From NCBI GenBank assembly GCA_964505085.1, contig CAZDGP010000002.1, positions 32,421 through 96,420 of the forward strand: a stretch of 64,000 bases of DNA, read 5' to 3'. Position 1 is the first letter of the stretch; each line of letters opens with the position of its first letter. Of the stretch, positions 57,137 to 64,000 are shown piece by piece. The stretch is from an uncultured Thermoplasmatales archaeon. Lineage in GTDB: Archaea > Thermoplasmatota > SW-10-69-26 > JACQPN01 > CAZDGP01. The notes under the pieces were generated by a model, which searched no databases, had not been told where the DNA came from, and was given only the letters and a program-made list of their open reading frames with translations. Both the position numbers and the translations under genes were made by a program.

Positions 57137-57919
57137 ATGACGGACGATACGTTGGAGGCGGCAGCACGGGATATCGCCCACGCGGGTCCTCGGGGGGTGG
57201 TGGCGTTCACGGGCGCCGGCGTGAGCACCGAGAGCGGCATCCCGGACTTCCGCAGCCCCGGGGGGTTGTGGGACACGTACGATCCCTCGGAGTTCACGAT
57301 CCGGCGGTTCCGGGAGGACCCGGCGCGATACTGGGAGCTTCGGGGACGCCTCATGGAGGCCATGGACCTCGACAGCATCGAACCCAACCCCGCCCACGAG
57401 GCCCTCGCCACGCTGGAGGAGACGGGGCTCCTGCGGAGCGTGGTGACGCAGAACATCGACGGGCTCCACCAGGCAGCCGGCAACGCTCACCACCGCGTGC
57501 TGGAGGTCCACGGGAGCGCCCGGGAGGTCGTGTGCGTGGCCTGCGGCGAGCGGTACCCCTACGAGGTGGCGCGGGAGGCGCTGGACCGGGACGTGCGTCC
57601 ACCGCCCTGCCCCACCTGCGGGGGGGCGTTGAAGCCCGGCACGGTGCTCTTCGGCGAGGCGCTTCCGCAGGACGTGTTCAAGCAGGCGCGGGAGCACGCG
57701 CGCGACGCGGAGGTGTTCATCGTGGTGGGGTCGAGCCTGGGGGTCTACCCGGCGGCGGACCTCCCCCGCATCGCGAAGGCGCAGGGGGCGGTGCTCGTCA
57801 TCGTGAACCGGGACCCCACGCCCCAGGACGAGCTTGCGGACCACGTGCTCCATGGGGAGGCGGGCACCATCGTCCCGAAGCTGGTGGAACGTGGCTTGGA
57901 GCTGAGGGATGATGGTTGA
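57137..57919 (+). CDS. cobB: Sir2/CobB NAD-dependent deacylase
   Basis: TGAGVSTESGIPDFR, TQNIDGLH, HGS, CxxC..CxxC, GSSL.VYPAA. Confidence 0.92.
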   Translation: MTDDTLEAAARDIAHAGPRGVVAFTGAGVSTESGIPDFRSPGGLWDTYDPSEFTIRRFREDPARYWELRGRLMEAMDLDSIEPNPAHEALATLEETGLLRSVVTQNIDGLHQAAGNAHHRVLEVHGSAREVVCVACGERYPYEVAREALDRDVRPPPCPTCGGALKPGTVLFGEALPQDVFKQAREHARDAEVFIVVGSSLGVYPAADLPRIAKAQGAVLVIVNRDPTPQDELADHVLHGEAGTIVPKLVERGLELRDDG

Positions 57920-58061
57920 CCGCCGGGCCGGTTCGACGCTGGGCGAAGCCCAAGGAGGACCGGTGCAGGCGGGAGAGCTCGTTCCCCGGTTGGTTCAGCG
58001 TGGTCTCGAACTGCGGGACGAGCTCTAACCGCCACGGGGGGGCGCCGCGTGCGTCGGTGGA

Positions 58062-58502
58062 TCAGGCGCTGGTCGCGGGGTCCAACCGCGCTTTGAGCGC
58101 CTTGTTCATGGCCACGATGCCATCGAGCACCGCGAGGATCGTGTCCTTGATGAAGGGTACGAGGGGGCCCTTGAGATCCTGGCGCTGCATCACGTGCGTT
58201 CCGCCGTCCTCGGTGGGTTCGAGGAAGAGACGGTGCTCGGCGACGAGCACGGGGATCCACCCCACGCGGGTGCGCAGCACGAGCTCCTCTCCGGGCACGG
58301 CCTTCGCCACCTTCACCTCCAGGTCACGCTGGGGTTGGCCCGTCGGGGAGAGCTGGAGCGTCACCTCCTCACCCCGCTGGAGCGTGCCCTCCATGTGGGG
58401 CACGAGGGGGTTCCACTCGGGGTAGGAGGTGACGTCGGTGAGGAGCTCCCACACGCGGTGGGGGCTGGCCTCCACCACGATGTCGGAGCGAAGGATACGC
58501 AT
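58062..58502 (-). CDS. SRPBCC-family protein
   Basis: IVVEASPHRVWELLTD..YPEWNP...MNKALKAR. Confidence 0.82.
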   Translation of the reverse strand: MRILRSDIVVEASPHRVWELLTDVTSYPEWNPLVPHMEGTLQRGEEVTLQLSPTGQPQRDLEVKVAKAVPGEELVLRTRVGWIPVLVAEHRLFLEPTEDGGTHVMQRQDLKGPLVPFIKDTILAVLDGIVAMNKALKARLDPATSA

Positions 58503-58573
58503 GGAGGCCAGTGGGATGGCTTGGGTGATGAAGGTTGCGGTGGGGGGAGGTTCGGGCGACCCCCCCTGGGAGC

Positions 58574-59068
58574 CTATCCCTCGTCGGCGGCGAAGGGGTT
58601 CGGGCCCCACGCGTCGTCGAGGCGGTGGCACGTGACGGTGCCGTGGGTGCAGAGGGTGCCGTCGGGGGCGCGAAGCTCCACCTGCACCTGGCAACGTCGT
58701 CCATCCCACGGTCCCGCCTCGCCGTGGAGGGTCACGGGTGCGTCGTTGGGGGCCGGTCGCTCGTAGTCGAGGTCCACGCCGGCGGTGACCACCGCGGGGA
58801 AGGCTTCGTCGGGATGGTGGCGGGCCCAGTGGGCGGCGGCGGTCCAGATGGCGTGGCAGTCCAGGAGCGTCGCCTGGATGCCGCCGGCGAGGACGCCGGG
58901 GTAGCCCGCGTGGGCGTCCCCACCCTGCCAGGTGGCCTCGAGGCCTCCACCATCCTCCCGGGGGTAGGACTTGAGCTGGAGGCCCTGGGGGTTGTCGGGG
59001 CCGCACCCGAAGCAGGGGTTGTCGTGGGCCACCTGGTCCTGGAGCGCCGCGTCCGCGTCCCGCGTCAT
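58574..59068 (-). CDS. PaaI-like hotdog thioesterase
   Basis: CFGCGPDNP.GL, GVLAGGIQATLLDCH, VT..D..Y..P.P. Confidence 0.82.
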   Translation of the reverse strand: MTRDADAALQDQVAHDNPCFGCGPDNPQGLQLKSYPREDGGGLEATWQGGDAHAGYPGVLAGGIQATLLDCHAIWTAAAHWARHHPDEAFPAVVTAGVDLDYERPAPNDAPVTLHGEAGPWDGRRCQVQVELRAPDGTLCTHGTVTCHRLDDAWGPNPFAADEG

Positions 59069-59133
59069 GGCCGGGGGAGGCTGATGGGGGGTGTTGAACC
59101 CTTCGCTCCGGAGGTTCAACACCGCAGGAAATC

Positions 59134-59155
59134 AAGTTTAGACACGGCGAAACTT
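59134..59155 (+). promoter_or_regulatory. Putative DtxR/MntR-family operator overlapping BRE/TATA
   Basis: Inverted repeat AAGTTT-AGACACGGCG-AAACTT running into TTATAT (59154-59159). Confidence 0.65.
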
Positions 59156-59184
59156 ATATCCGTGGGGTCTTCGTTGGCGGGGCG

Positions 59185-59907
59185 ATGATCTCCCAGTCCA
59201 TGGAGGACTACCTCAAGGCGCTCTACCAGCTCGGCGGCGCATCCACCCCTGGGGACCAGGATGACCCCGGGGACGACGCGGTGGCCGCCGACCCCACGCC
59301 CGTGCCCACCACGCACCTCGCCAACCACCTCGACGTGGCCCCCGCCAGCGCCACGAGCATGGTGAAGAAGCTCGCGGAGCGGAACCTCGTGGAGCACACG
59401 CCCTACCGGGGCGCTGTGCTCACGGAGGGCGGCCGCAAGATGGCTCTCGAGGTGCTCCGCCACCACCGGCTCCTGGAGCTCTACCTCATGGAGGCCCTCG
59501 GGTACACTTGGGACGAGGTCCACGAGGAAGCCTGCCGCCTCGAGCACGCGGTGAGCCCCCGCTTCGTCGAACGCATCGAGGAGGCGCTGGGCCACCCCAA
59601 CGTGGACCCCCACGGCGACCCCATCCCGCGAGCCGACGGGTCCCTGCCCGACGTGAGCCGCGAGAGCCTCCTGGCCCTCGACGAGGGCGACGAGGGGGAG
59701 GTGGCCCGCGTCGCCGACCAGGACCCCGGCAAGCTCCGGTACCTCGGGGAGCAGGAGCTCTACCCCGGCACCCGCATCCGCCTGGTGGAGAAGCCCCCGG
59801 AGGCCGCGGGCTTCCTCCGCATCGAGGTGGGCGACCGGGAGGTCGTCCTGGGACGGGACATCGCCGCCGCCATCCTCGTCCAACCCACACTGGAGGTGCG
59901 TGCCTGA
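59185..59907 (+). CDS. DtxR/MntR/SirR metal-dependent repressor with FeoA domain
   Basis: EDYLK, HHRLLE, HEEACRLEH, DPHGDPIP. Confidence 0.93.
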   Translation: MISQSMEDYLKALYQLGGASTPGDQDDPGDDAVAADPTPVPTTHLANHLDVAPASATSMVKKLAERNLVEHTPYRGAVLTEGGRKMALEVLRHHRLLELYLMEALGYTWDEVHEEACRLEHAVSPRFVERIEEALGHPNVDPHGDPIPRADGSLPDVSRESLLALDEGDEGEVARVADQDPGKLRYLGEQELYPGTRIRLVEKPPEAAGFLRIEVGDREVVLGRDIAAAILVQPTLEVRA

Positions 59908-61040
59908 TGTCCGGCAACGACGACGAGGGCTCCGGGTGGTCCCGCCGCGCCTTCCTCACCGCCGGCGCCGCCACCGCCGGCGCCGCCCTCGGAAGCAAGC
60001 TCCTGGAGCCCGTGAGGGCCGCCTCCAACCCCAACGGGAAGCACCCCCACGCGGGGATGCGGCCCGTGGGATCCACCCGCACCGACGACTTCGACCCCTA
60101 CGCCTTCCTCACGGACTTCAACTGGGGTGACGAGGTCATCGACAACGGCGACGGCACCAAGACCCGCATCTACCGCATCACCGCCTCCGACATCGAGATC
60201 GAGGTGGCGCCCGGCGTCACGTTCAACGCGTGGGCGTACAACGGGCAGGTCCCCGGACCCACCCTGCGGGCGAGGGAGGGGGACACCATCCAGATCGAGT
60301 TCCAGAACGCCGGCAGCCACCCCCACACCATCCACTTCCACGGGATCCACGGCGCCAGCCAGGACGGTGTCCCCGGCGCAGGCGACGGCATGATCGACCA
60401 GGGTGAGTCCACCACGTACACCTTCCCGGCGGAGCCCTGGGGCGTGCACCTCTACCACTGCCACAGCGTCCCCCTCAAGCGCCACATCCACAAGGGCCTC
60501 TACGGCGCGTACATCGTGGACCCGCGGGAGCCCCTGGACCCCACCGTGAGCGATCCCTGGGGGACCGAGGTGGAGAACGAGCTCGTCATGGTGATGAACG
60601 GGTTCGACACGAACTTCGACGGGGACAACGAGATCTACGCCGTGAACACGAAGGCGTTCTGTTACGCCGAGCGCCCCATCCGCATCACGCGGGGGAAGCG
60701 CCAGCGCGTCTTCCTCGTGAACGCCACGGAGTTCGACGCCGTGAACAGCTTCCACCTCCACGGGAACTTCTTCGACTTCTGGCAGATGGGTCGCAAGGAC
60801 AACCCCAAGATCTTCCACGACACCATCAGCATGGTGCAGGCGCAACGGGGCCTCCTGGAGTTCACCTTCGACACGGAACCGGGCAAGTACATGTTCCACG
60901 CGCACCAAAGCGAGTTCGCGGAGCTCGGATGGATGAGCTTCTTCGACGTGGTGGAGGACGACGGCACCCCCACCGACCCCGTGACGCCCCCGGTGCCCCA
61001 CACACCTGCCCCTGTTGACGACGGGGGGCTCCTCGGATGA
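59907..61040 (+). CDS. Tat-exported two-domain multicopper oxidase
   Basis: SRRAFL; HPHTIHFHG, YHCH...H, FHLHG, MFHAH. Confidence 0.88.
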   Translation: MSGNDDEGSGWSRRAFLTAGAATAGAALGSKLLEPVRAASNPNGKHPHAGMRPVGSTRTDDFDPYAFLTDFNWGDEVIDNGDGTKTRIYRITASDIEIEVAPGVTFNAWAYNGQVPGPTLRAREGDTIQIEFQNAGSHPHTIHFHGIHGASQDGVPGAGDGMIDQGESTTYTFPAEPWGVHLYHCHSVPLKRHIHKGLYGAYIVDPREPLDPTVSDPWGTEVENELVMVMNGFDTNFDGDNEIYAVNTKAFCYAERPIRITRGKRQRVFLVNATEFDAVNSFHLHGNFFDFWQMGRKDNPKIFHDTISMVQAQRGLLEFTFDTEPGKYMFHAHQSEFAELGWMSFFDVVEDDGTPTDPVTPPVPHTPAPVDDGGLLG

Positions 61041-62242
61041 GCTCCCGCCCATCCCCCGAGGGGGAGAGCCGCGGGCTCTTCACCCGCAGCCTCCTCTTCA
61101 TCCTCCCCATCGCCCTCGTCCTCGCGGCCGTGGGCCTCATGGTGGTGTGGAACCCCGCCAACCTCTTCACCGCCCCCGGCGGCCCCGTGGAGGAGATCGT
61201 CTTCCAGAAGGTCGTGCTGGAACCCGACCTCATCCGCTTCACCGTGGCCAACAGCGCCCCCGTCCCCGCCACCATATCCCAGGTCCTCGTGGACGAAGCC
61301 TACTGGGAGCATCGTATCGTGGACGGACCCCGCACCCTGGAACGCCTGGACACCGCCACCATCGAGCTGGATTACCCGTGGGTGCCCGGCGAGGACCACA
61401 ACCTCGTGGTGCTCCTGGACAACGGCGCCACCTTCGAGCACACCATCGTCGCCGCCAGCGCCACCCCAAGCCCCGGCATCGGCACCCTGGCCGCCCTGGC
61501 CCTCGTGGGGCTCCTCGTGGGCGTCTTCCCGGTGGCCCTGGGCATGCTGTGGTTCCCCCAGATCCAACGCATGAGCTCCCGGTGGCTCACGGGGTTCCTG
61601 GGCTTCACCCTGGGCCTCCTGGCGTTCCTCCTGGTGGACACCCTGGCGGAGGCCCTGGAGGTGGCGGAGCACGTCCTCGCCGTGGACGGACCGAACCTCG
61701 TGGCCATGGGCGCCATCGCCGCCTTCCTCGCGGTGCTCGTCACCGACCGCCTACGCCAACCCGCCGACGGGTCCTCCTCCCGCGCCCGGGACCCCGCGTG
61801 GCTCGCCCTCGCCATCGCCGTGGGCATCGGGCTCCACAACCTCGGCGAGGGCCTCGCCATCGGCAGCGCCTACGCCCTCGGGGAGGTGAGCCTCGGCATG
61901 TTCCTCTTCCTGGGCTTCGCCCTGCACAACATCACGGAGGGCCCCGCCATCCTGGCCCCGTTGAAGGAACGGAGCGTCACCCTACGGCAGGGCACAATCC
62001 TCGCCCTCGTCGGCGGCCTCCCCGCCGTCCTGGGCACGTGGATCGGAGGCGTCGCCTACACGCCCCTCTGGGCTGCGTTGTTCCTGTCGGTGGCCGCCGG
62101 CGCCATCGCCGTGGTGCTCGTGCAGGTGGGTGAGGTGCTCCGGGACGACCAGGACGGCATCCTCGTCACCACCCCCGCCGCCGTGGGCTTCCTCGTGGGC
62201 TTCCTCGTGATGCTCGTCACGGGAGCTCTGGTGGCGCTCTAG
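61037..62242 (+). CDS. ZIP-family metal transporter with an N-terminal extracytoplasmic domain
   Basis: HNLGEG and HNITEG; soluble beta-rich region after the first TM. Confidence 0.85.
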   Translation: MSSRPSPEGESRGLFTRSLLFILPIALVLAAVGLMVVWNPANLFTAPGGPVEEIVFQKVVLEPDLIRFTVANSAPVPATISQVLVDEAYWEHRIVDGPRTLERLDTATIELDYPWVPGEDHNLVVLLDNGATFEHTIVAASATPSPGIGTLAALALVGLLVGVFPVALGMLWFPQIQRMSSRWLTGFLGFTLGLLAFLLVDTLAEALEVAEHVLAVDGPNLVAMGAIAAFLAVLVTDRLRQPADGSSSRARDPAWLALAIAVGIGLHNLGEGLAIGSAYALGEVSLGMFLFLGFALHNITEGPAILAPLKERSVTLRQGTILALVGGLPAVLGTWIGGVAYTPLWAALFLSVAAGAIAVVLVQVGEVLRDDQDGILVTTPAAVGFLVGFLVMLVTGALVAL

Positions 62243-62251
62243 CGAGGCACG

Positions 62252-63067
62252 ATGACGAACGAGCTCCAGGACCTCTTCCTGAGCGTGACGGGGCACGACC
62301 CCGTGGTCCAGGCCCTCGTGGCCGGCCTCGTCATCGCGGGGTTCAACATGCTGGGGGCGATCCTCGTCCTCGTGTGGCGGAACCCCAGCGAACGCTCCCT
62401 GGACGGGGCCCTGGGATTCGCCGCCGGCGTCATGCTCGCCGCGAGCTTCACGAGCCTCATCCTCCCCGGCGTGGAGGCAGCTGGCGGGAGCGTGCTTCCG
62501 GTGCTCGTGGGCATCGCGTTGGGCGCTCTCGTGCTGGACCGGGCCGACGCGTGGGTGCCCCACGTGCACGTGCTCATCACCGGGAAGGCGCGCCCCGACG
62601 CCGCCCGGGACGGACGGCTCCCCGCGGCGAGCGTCATCCTCTTCATCGTGGCCGTGACGTTGCACAACATCCCCGAGGGCCTCGCCGTGGGCGTGGGCTT
62701 CGGCAGCGGCAACCTCGAGAACGCCCTGAGCCTCATGCTCGCCATCGGGTTCCAGAACGTGCCCGAGGGCCTCGCCGTGAGCGTCGCCGCCATCAACGCC
62801 GGGTTCGACCGCCGAAGCTACGCAGCCCTCGTGGGCATCCGCAGCGGGCTCGTGGAGGTGCCCCTCACGGTGCTGGGTGCGTGGGCGGTGATCGTCATGG
62901 CGCCGCTCCTCCCCTACGCCATGGGCTTCGCCGCCGGCGGCATGCTCTACGTCATCATGGACGAGATCGTGCCCGAGACCCACCTCCGAGGCCACGAACG
63001 CATCGCCACCCTCGGCCTCATGATCGGGGTCATCGTGATGCTTTGGCTGGACGTGGCTCTCACGTGA
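62252..63067 (+). CDS. ZIP-family (GufA/ZupT-like) metal transporter
   Basis: FAAGVM, PHVH, HNIPEG, QNVPEG, AAGGM..V..E.VPE. Confidence 0.9.
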   Translation: MTNELQDLFLSVTGHDPVVQALVAGLVIAGFNMLGAILVLVWRNPSERSLDGALGFAAGVMLAASFTSLILPGVEAAGGSVLPVLVGIALGALVLDRADAWVPHVHVLITGKARPDAARDGRLPAASVILFIVAVTLHNIPEGLAVGVGFGSGNLENALSLMLAIGFQNVPEGLAVSVAAINAGFDRRSYAALVGIRSGLVEVPLTVLGAWAVIVMAPLLPYAMGFAAGGMLYVIMDEIVPETHLRGHERIATLGLMIGVIVMLWLDVALT

Positions 63068-63073
63068 CCCCGA

Positions 63074-63103
63074 ACCTATAGGGACCTATAGGGCCCTATA
63101 GGT
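63074..63103. repeat. Three 10-bp tandem CCTATAGG units
   Basis: ACCTATAGGG-ACCTATAGGG-CCCTATAGGT, between convergent genes. Confidence 0.85.
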
Positions 63104-63130
63104 GCGATGCTGGTTGGGGCCTCAGACGCA

Positions 63131-63967
63131 CTACGCGCGAAGGCTCCGCAAGGTCTCCAGGTCCTGCACGTACGTGTCCGCCGAGGTCTCCAGGTACCCG
63201 GGGGTCCCCTCGAACCGTGGATCGTTGAGGAGGCGCTCGAAGCATCCGGTGCCGATCTCGCCCTCGCCGATGGCGGCGTGGCCGTCCTTCTCGCTCTCGA
63301 AGGGGTTGCGGGCGTCGTTGAGGTGGAAGGCCTTGAGCTTCTCGAGCCCCACGAGGTCGTCGAACGTCTGGAAGGTCTCCTCGTACCCCTTCGCCTCGTG
63401 GATGGGGTACCCGGCGACGAAGGTGTGGCACGTGTCGAAGCAGACGCCCACGCGCTCCGGGTCCGAGACCATGTCGATGATGTCCGCGAGCTCCTGGAAG
63501 CTCCGCCCCACCTGCGTGCCCGCCCCCGGCATCGTCTCGATGAGGGGGATGGCGTCCACGTCCCCCGCGTCCTCCAGCGCCTGGTCGATGCCCGCCGCCA
63601 CGCGCTCGAGACCGCCCTCGCGGGACCCGGACTTGTGGCTGCCGGGGTGGAAGCAGACCCAGGGGATGCCCAGGGCGTCGGCGCGGGTGAGCTCGATCTT
63701 GAGCTGCTCCACGCCCTTCGCCCACTGGTCGTCGTCGGGGCTGGCGATGTTGATGAGGTACATGGCGTGGACGAGGCTCGGGCCCAGATCCCGCGCCTCC
63801 ATCTCCCGCTGCCACGCCTCCACGTCCTCGGGGCTCAGGGGGTCCACCTTGTACCCGCGGGGGTTCCGCGTGAAGACCTGGATGACCTCGCAATCGTAGT
63901 CCTCGGTTCCGCTGACGGGGGCGTTCTGTACGCCGCCGGAGATGCTCACGTGGGCGCCGACGAGCAT
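63131..63967 (-). CDS. nfo: Endonuclease IV (AP endonuclease)
   Basis: GAHVS, QVF..NPR, HAMYLIN, HPG, ET, DTCH, HLND, LET. Confidence 0.93.
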   Translation of the reverse strand: MLVGAHVSISGGVQNAPVSGTEDYDCEVIQVFTRNPRGYKVDPLSPEDVEAWQREMEARDLGPSLVHAMYLINIASPDDDQWAKGVEQLKIELTRADALGIPWVCFHPGSHKSGSREGGLERVAAGIDQALEDAGDVDAIPLIETMPGAGTQVGRSFQELADIIDMVSDPERVGVCFDTCHTFVAGYPIHEAKGYEETFQTFDDLVGLEKLKAFHLNDARNPFESEKDGHAAIGEGEIGTGCFERLLNDPRFEGTPGYLETSADTYVQDLETLRSLRA

Positions 63968-64000
63968 GGTGACCGCTCCCGGGAACGGGGTTCCCCCCTT

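Noticed and set aside
59907..61040. Copper nitrite reductase NirK
   Set aside because: It has HxH pairs (HFH, HCH, HLH, HAH) typical of a trinuclear-site MCO and lacks the NirK HNIDFH Asp.
63074..63103. CRISPR-like repeat
   Set aside because: The units are 10 bp with no spacers, and there are no cas genes.

Overview
This is a 64-kb window of a very GC-rich (roughly 70% by eye) archaeal chromosome with an acidic proteome. Archaeal markers are EF-2 with the diphthamide His motif (LHEDAIHRG), uS7/uS12, archaeal-type TPI, an HPS-RraA fusion, AglB and class III signal-peptide pilins. The EF-2 N-terminus (MGRKEDNI) resembles Thermoplasmatota, so I infer a probably halophilic, aerobic Thermoplasmatota-like organism. 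I could support about 60 real CDSs; most other ORFs in the track are GC shadow ORFs. I found no rRNA, tRNA or CRISPR array. The main candidate for a new system is a ~16-kb locus (5551-21520). It holds a V4R/Bet3-like protein, a Roadblock/LC7 protein, a fusion of a degenerate KaiC domain to an MglA/conservon-type small GTPase, and an intact KaiC ATPase. These sit directly upstream of a type IV pilus cluster and back-to-back with a two-component cluster that includes a His-less pseudo-kinase. Notable non-coding signals are: a 10-bp-phased CCTATAG(G) motif at three unrelated intergenic sites; a mosaic of covarying hairpins between rps7 and fusA that contains a synonymous copy of the rps7 3' end; palindromes that overlap stop codons; and C-rich tracts where terminators are expected. 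Other points of interest are a DtxR/two-domain multicopper oxidase/dual-ZIP operon, a DUF4258-like plus Zn-finger-AbrB toxin-antitoxin pair with visible operators, an A2-type heme-copper oxidase, and a PduS/RnfC-like protein with no Fe-S motifs. All family assignments come from reading motifs; no database searches were run.
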